From Raillietiella orientalis (taxonomy: Eukaryota), in contig JAYWIR010000019.1 of NCBI GenBank assembly GCA_036172245.1, positions 1 through 64,000 of the forward strand: 64,000 nucleotides of DNA, written 5' to 3'. Position 1 is the stretch's first letter, and the number at the start of each line of letters is the position of its first letter. This document shows positions 58,820-64,000 of this stretch, one piece after another. A program made the position numbers and the translations under genes. A model generated the notes under the pieces. It worked only from the letters and a program-made list of their open reading frames with translations, did not search any database and had not been told where the DNA came from.

Positions 58820-61800
58820 GCAGTGCCCGGTGTGCAGGACTTGAGGGAGTGGCCAGCCTTTTCCCCTGTTTCCATGGCGCCTTCTTCGCCGACGGAGGTG
58901 AGCCTGCCTGGCGCCTCCGGGGATGTAACCGCTCCAGCGTTGGCAACGACCCCGCAGAAGCCGCCGACTGGCGCGACCGCGAGCCGAGCACGGCGAAAAT
59001 CCGCCATTTTCGAAATACAACGTGTAGGGGAACGCGTTTGGGAAATCGCTGACGACGTCAAGGCGATAACGTTTTAAAACAGAGATGATGAGAATTGCGA
59101 ACGTGAAAGACATCCACGTGGCGTTCCACAAGGAAAACGCGGACTTTAATCCCATCAAGGCCATCGTCTCGTCTGCGATAGGCTTCACTACTCCGCAGAC
59201 GAGGAACTGCAGGAGGCCCTCATGGAAAAGGGCAGCGTCATCGACGGCTACGTGGATTGGAGGAGTTAGTTGTCCTTTGCCTCCGTCTACCTGCACGGTG
59301 TGCACTGCAACATCACGCTTGAAGATGTGGGAGCACTTCTCCCAGTACGGAGAAGGTGTCCTTCCGCAACCATGTGGAGCAAGTTTTTCACCGGAGAGGT
59401 CATGGTGCGGACCAAGCTCTTCGCGGATGCGCAGATCCCAGGCATCGTCGGTTATTCCCAGGACGTACAGGCGCGCTACCGCCTACAACCCATCTTCTGC
59501 GCGGTCCGTAAGGAGTATGGCCACCACGTAGCCGCTTACAATATGGATACACCCGAAATACAACGGAAGATATCGTGGGTACCTTTCAGAAGCATTACAC
59601 GGAACACTTTCGACGACAACACATAAGTGAAGCAAACAAAAGTATGTTCCTAAAATACATTGGAAAAAAGACGAACGAAACCCACTGGAAGAGGCTGGAG
59701 GAGAACTTTACAGAACAAGAAGTGAAAATTGCGTTCCAAGAACTACGCAAGCATGTGGCAGCAGGCCCTAATAGTGTTCCCATCACGCACTACCAGCGGT
59801 ACCTGCACGCCTCCTAGCGCCTATTTTACCAACTGACAGTACGCATTCGAGAGGAAGGACAATTACCTGAATCCTTCTATGAGAGTCGAATAGATTACTG
59901 CCAAAAGGAGGCTACTAACGCAGGTCGCTCAATGGAGGCCAATCTCAATCCTAAACTCTGATGCCAAACGGTTGGCAAAAATGTGGGCCAACCGTTTAGG
60001 CAAAGTTATGCCAAATCTCATTTCCTCGGTCCAGACATGTGCAGTCCCCGGACGCCACATGTCGGACAATGTTAAGTTTGCCCAAGCCATCGTGGGATTA
60101 AGTCGACATATCGGCGAGAACCTGTTGCTAGTGTTCACCGATATGGAGAAGGCCTTTGATACTATTTACCATGAGATGCTGCTTCAAAATTCTGGAAAAA
60201 CTGGGTCTTCCGGAATACTTCGGCAACTTCGTGAAGATGCTACTTCAGAAGCAATTTTTCCGAATCAAAATTAATGGAGGAAAAACGGCAGCCATACAGA
60301 TGGAACGGGGAGTCCGCCAGGGCGACTCGCTAAGTCCAATGCTGTTCGTAATTTATATGGAGGCGCTATCGTCCTTCATCGAAAAAAGTGGATATGTCCG
60401 AGGAATCACCATCGATGACCAGAAGCTTACCCATCTGGCATACGCGGACGATCTCCTTTTCCTCATCAGGGAAGAACGAGACCAATATGCGTTCCTGCAT
60501 GTGGTGGAGATGTTGGAAAAGGGGTTGAGCTTGAAGATCAACGCCCAGAAAAGCCAACTTTTGCAGATAGGAATCCTGGATCTATCCATTCTCACCGGAA
60601 GAGGATTCCGAATAGTCGATAATGCCAAATATTTAGGAGTCCACATCGGCGACGAGTCGGCGTCGAAACTACTGTGGACACAAATTCTAGGAAAAACAGC
60701 AAATGAAGCAGTAAAATATAGCAGAGTGGACTTTAGCATGAAGAGGGCAAATCTTTGGAACGGAGGAGTACTCCTTCCCAAGATGCTCCTTGGAGCCGCC
60801 TTTGCCAGAACAAACCAAGATACCATAAAGGAAGTTGAAAAACTGCAACGCAAGACACTATGGAGAATATATCGCCCAAGGGTGAGATTAAAACCCTTGT
60901 GTCGCCCTAAAGAGGAGGGCGGTTCCGGGATGAAGTTGCTGGCACATTCCATAGAAATTATGGATACGCGACACATCCTGGACATCGCAGCCCACTGGGA
61001 TGACTGACCCTATGCAGCTCATAGGGCCTACTCGATGTTACTAAATGACTCGAAAGGCCTGATGACTGCACTGTTAGGCCGAGTAGGAGAATGGGTCAGC
61101 ATAGATCCCACTTGAAAATTGGTGCAAAAGCACCAACTGAAGACTGTTCCTAGAAGCAAGGAACTCTGACAAGTAGAATCCATCTTGGTAATTCCCTGGA
61201 TGCTTCAGGTGCCCTCGGACACCAGAAGCTGGATATACCAGAGGCCCAGAGTCACCATACAGCAAATTCAAGAATGGAGAAAAGGAGGAGACCTACATCA
61301 CACTCGTATACTTCGGTATATAGAGATGATGTTGGGAAGATTCACTCATAGGACACGTGAAGTATGGAAAAACTACAGGGATTTGGCCTGGTCCAGGGTG
61401 AACAAGCAGAACCTCCGAAAAATGATTAAAGAAGATCAGGATACCAGTCCCCTCCAAGAAGCGGCCCATCGCTACGGGAGCGACAGGATCAACCCGTTAG
61501 CAATCGGCACGACTCTTTGGAGAAGTGACCTACTGCCGGACACCCAGGACAATCTCCTGATGTTCTGTCACGGAGGAATCCTGAGCGGGTCCAGAGTAAA
61601 GTACTATACGGGAAGACGCGAAGACGAAGATTGTATGGCATGTGGAGACTTTGATACGAGACTACATGTCTTAACCTGTCCCACATTAATTCGTGATTGG
61701 CTGATCCTAAAACGGATCATAGGAAGTACAACTAGTACAATAATGGAAATACTTGCAAAGATGTTTCAGGAAGACGGAAATGTCCCCAACTACAACCCTA

Positions 61801-62540
61801 TGGTAAGGACGACCATTGCTCTTTTCATCACCGCCATACTGGTGCGGTGGTGGAAAATGAAAAACGCTGGAATAGCCCCTTCTCGAATGGTAATCCTGAA
61901 AGGGCTAATATCAAATGAAATTGGAATCAGGAATTGTGGAAGAGTGCCGGCCTGGACGCACCGCCATGTTCTCAAAAGGATTAAAGACAACGCCCAGGCA
62001 ACGAACTCAACTAATGTTCCCTAAAAGAAAAAAAAAGGGGCGATCTTCCAAAGGAGCGAACACTCCCTGTTGGGGGTCCCTCCGAGTCGTCGCCTCTTTG
62101 CAGAGTGTGCACACAAGGAAGCAAGCAAAAAGCGATTCCCTGCGGGAAGCTGCAGAACCCCTTTTGAGTTTCGGAAGCGTCCCTTCGGGGTTCTCTTCAG
62201 AGGAGTGAACAGGGGTGGTTCCCTTGCGGGTTCCCTCCGGAGAAGAAATTCTTACAAGTGGATCCTTTCCGGGATCCCTTCGGAGAAGTTGAAATGGAGA
62301 TGACCACCCCCCGTAAGGGGGATGTCCCTCCTGAGAGAATGAGGGAGGAGATTCCCTTCGAGGTTCTCCTTCGGAGACAACTAGGGTGGAGGCGCGGTCT
62401 CCCCGTCCGAGGAGGGATCCCTCCCCCAAGCGTGAAAGGAACGGACTCTGAGCCCTTCCTGGATTCTTTGTAATTGAATGAGCCATTGTAGCAAAAAGAA
62501 TAAATAAACTCACCCCACCCCTTGTGGGACTAGGGGAAAC
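58820..62540 (+). mobile_element. Family B copy 3, diverged and internally deleted (ORF1 N-half fused at ~59540 to mid-ORF2)
   Basis: ORF1 homology (AITFKT..RIANVKDI); RT pieces 59575-61007; C-terminus 61185..62024; 3' hairpin 62499-62540. Confidence 0.88.
62045..62466 (+). repeat. Structured UUCG-hairpin-rich element, copy c, inside the family B copy 3 3' UTR
   Basis: Matches 42111-42448 and 45030-45440(-); absent from the 3' UTRs of copies 1 and 2. Confidence 0.82.
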
Positions 62541-62546
62541 CCTTAT

Positions 62547-62639
62547 ATTGCGCTCACGAATACAACTCCTCCAGAGTGAGGCCTGGCCATTGCACTAAGG
62601 CAGGGTTGACCTTTGCGATAACCCCTAAAGCGGGTTACT
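62547..62639 (+). ncRNA. RNU1: Second U1 snRNA gene fragment, nt 23-115
   Basis: Near-identical to 58600-58692 (three substitutions). Confidence 0.92.
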
Positions 62640-64000
62640 GCAGTGTGAAGAGGGGGACGAAGGACTTCCTGAGGATCGCCCTTTGGGTCAGAGGGAGGTC
62701 CCGAGTCCGCCTGAAGGACCTGTGTGCTCCGCGTCGTGATGGAGGCCACGGCCTCCTGACGCTGGAGCGGCTGGAACTGCAGCTGTAGTTCAGGACGCTA
62801 GCCCTAGTGGCGCAGTTGTGGAGAACCAGCTGGTGCGAGCCTGCACGACACCTGGTTCAGCGAGCCAGCGGCTGCGCGGGACTGTCTACCTTCCTAGCGC
62901 GCCGCAAACACCGGTACCTCTTCCACGGCAGACTGGCACTTCGGCGAATGGTCAAGCTGACCAGGATGAACACCTGGATCTCATGCCGGCCCGCGAACGG
63001 CACTTCCTGGTTGCAGGAAAGCCTTCGCACGTGGTCCCAGATTGCCGAAGCGAGCCCGGAGTTGCGGCAGCGACTGCTGCACTCCTTTTACAAGAGCCGC
63101 TCGCTGCAGGACATCATTATGCAGCCCACCTTGAGCGCATGGGCTGAGAGGACCTCCCTTGCCCTTTTTCGTGCAGCCCGCCTTGAGTGAGTGGGCTGAG
63201 AAGACTTCCCTTGCCGCGGCTCTGTCCTACCTCAGGGAACACCTGGGCAGTAGCCAGTCGGCCAAGTGGGAGGTCCGATGCAGAATCTTGTCAAGAGAGA
63301 GAGAACAAGGCGGTTGGACCACGGGCCAGCTGACTGACGCTGCGACCCAAAGTCCCCCACCGAAGGACTGTTGCGCTGGGGCGAGCTGCTGAGCATCCCC
63401 ATGGATGTACTCGAGTAGCCCCGGTGCTGAAGACTACCCGGGCCTTCCCCCTGAAGTGGCAGGAGTCGGCGTTCCTGGTGTTGCACTGGGGACTCCCCAG
63501 CAACGCCCGCCGTTCGCACTGGACGAGGGGGGCTGTGGACCCAAATTGTGTCAGGTTTGGGGAACGGGAATCCCTCCCGCACCTGCTTCTTGACTGTGTT
63601 GCCCTCCGGCACCTGTGGTTGCGTTTCGCAAAGGCCCTTGGTGCAACCATGAACTGCCCTAGAGACGTATTGAAGCGCCTCTTTGTGCACGACGCCCATT
63701 CGCCTGCTGCAGCCCTTGCAGCCCTCTGCTGCCTACGAGGGATTGTGGCGGTCTGGAGCACGCCACTGGTGGACCGAACGATAGGGACATCATCTGCTCC
63801 GCCCTGCGCTTCCTGAGGACAGCAGTTGGATGGTCCCACCTGGGACGTATGCGGACTAAACTTGCCGACATCCTGGTAAGGATGTAGAGGACGACCTCAG
63901 CGGAACGTGATCCCTTCCCCGACCTCTCCCTGCTTTTATAAATAGTGTTCTTTTTTTTTTTTGTTTTTATTTGTCCCTTCCCCCTCCGCTGCCGAGTCGA
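62640..64000 (+). mobile_element. 5'-truncated family A ORF2 C-terminus and 3' UTR (runs out of window)
   Basis: RVRLKDLCAPRRDGG, PLKWQESAFLVLHWGL, LPHLLLDC; TGATCCCTTCC + T-tract + CCGCTGCCGAG. Confidence 0.88.

Overview
Eukaryotic DNA, probably invertebrate (arthropod-like U1 snRNA; cytb NUMT with TGA=Trp). It is almost entirely a dense, nested cluster of Tx1/L1-clade non-LTR retrotransposons, with ORF1 carrying CCHC zinc knuckles and ORF2 carrying APE endonuclease + RT (YADD) + C-terminal zinc finger. Family A (1-33.2 kb, plus fragments later) inserts into its own copies, often antisense, and forms 1.2-kb tandem ORF1 arrays. Family B (48.2-62.5 kb) sits inside U1 snRNA genes. A complete U1 gene is split at nt 23/24 (48238-48260 + 58601-58740) by two head-to-tail elements, one with open ORF1 and ORF2 frames. 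A third copy ends at the same position of a second U1 gene. This is the best candidate for an undescribed system: a U1-targeting retrotransposon positioned to use the U1 promoter. The window also holds a ~2-kb circularly permuted endogenous CRESS-DNA virus (Rep, Cap, CAGTATTAC nonamer), a cytb NUMT and a possible second NUMT. Finally, it has three copies of a UUCG-tetraloop-rich structured element and covarying 3'-UTR structures. No intact host protein gene was recognised.
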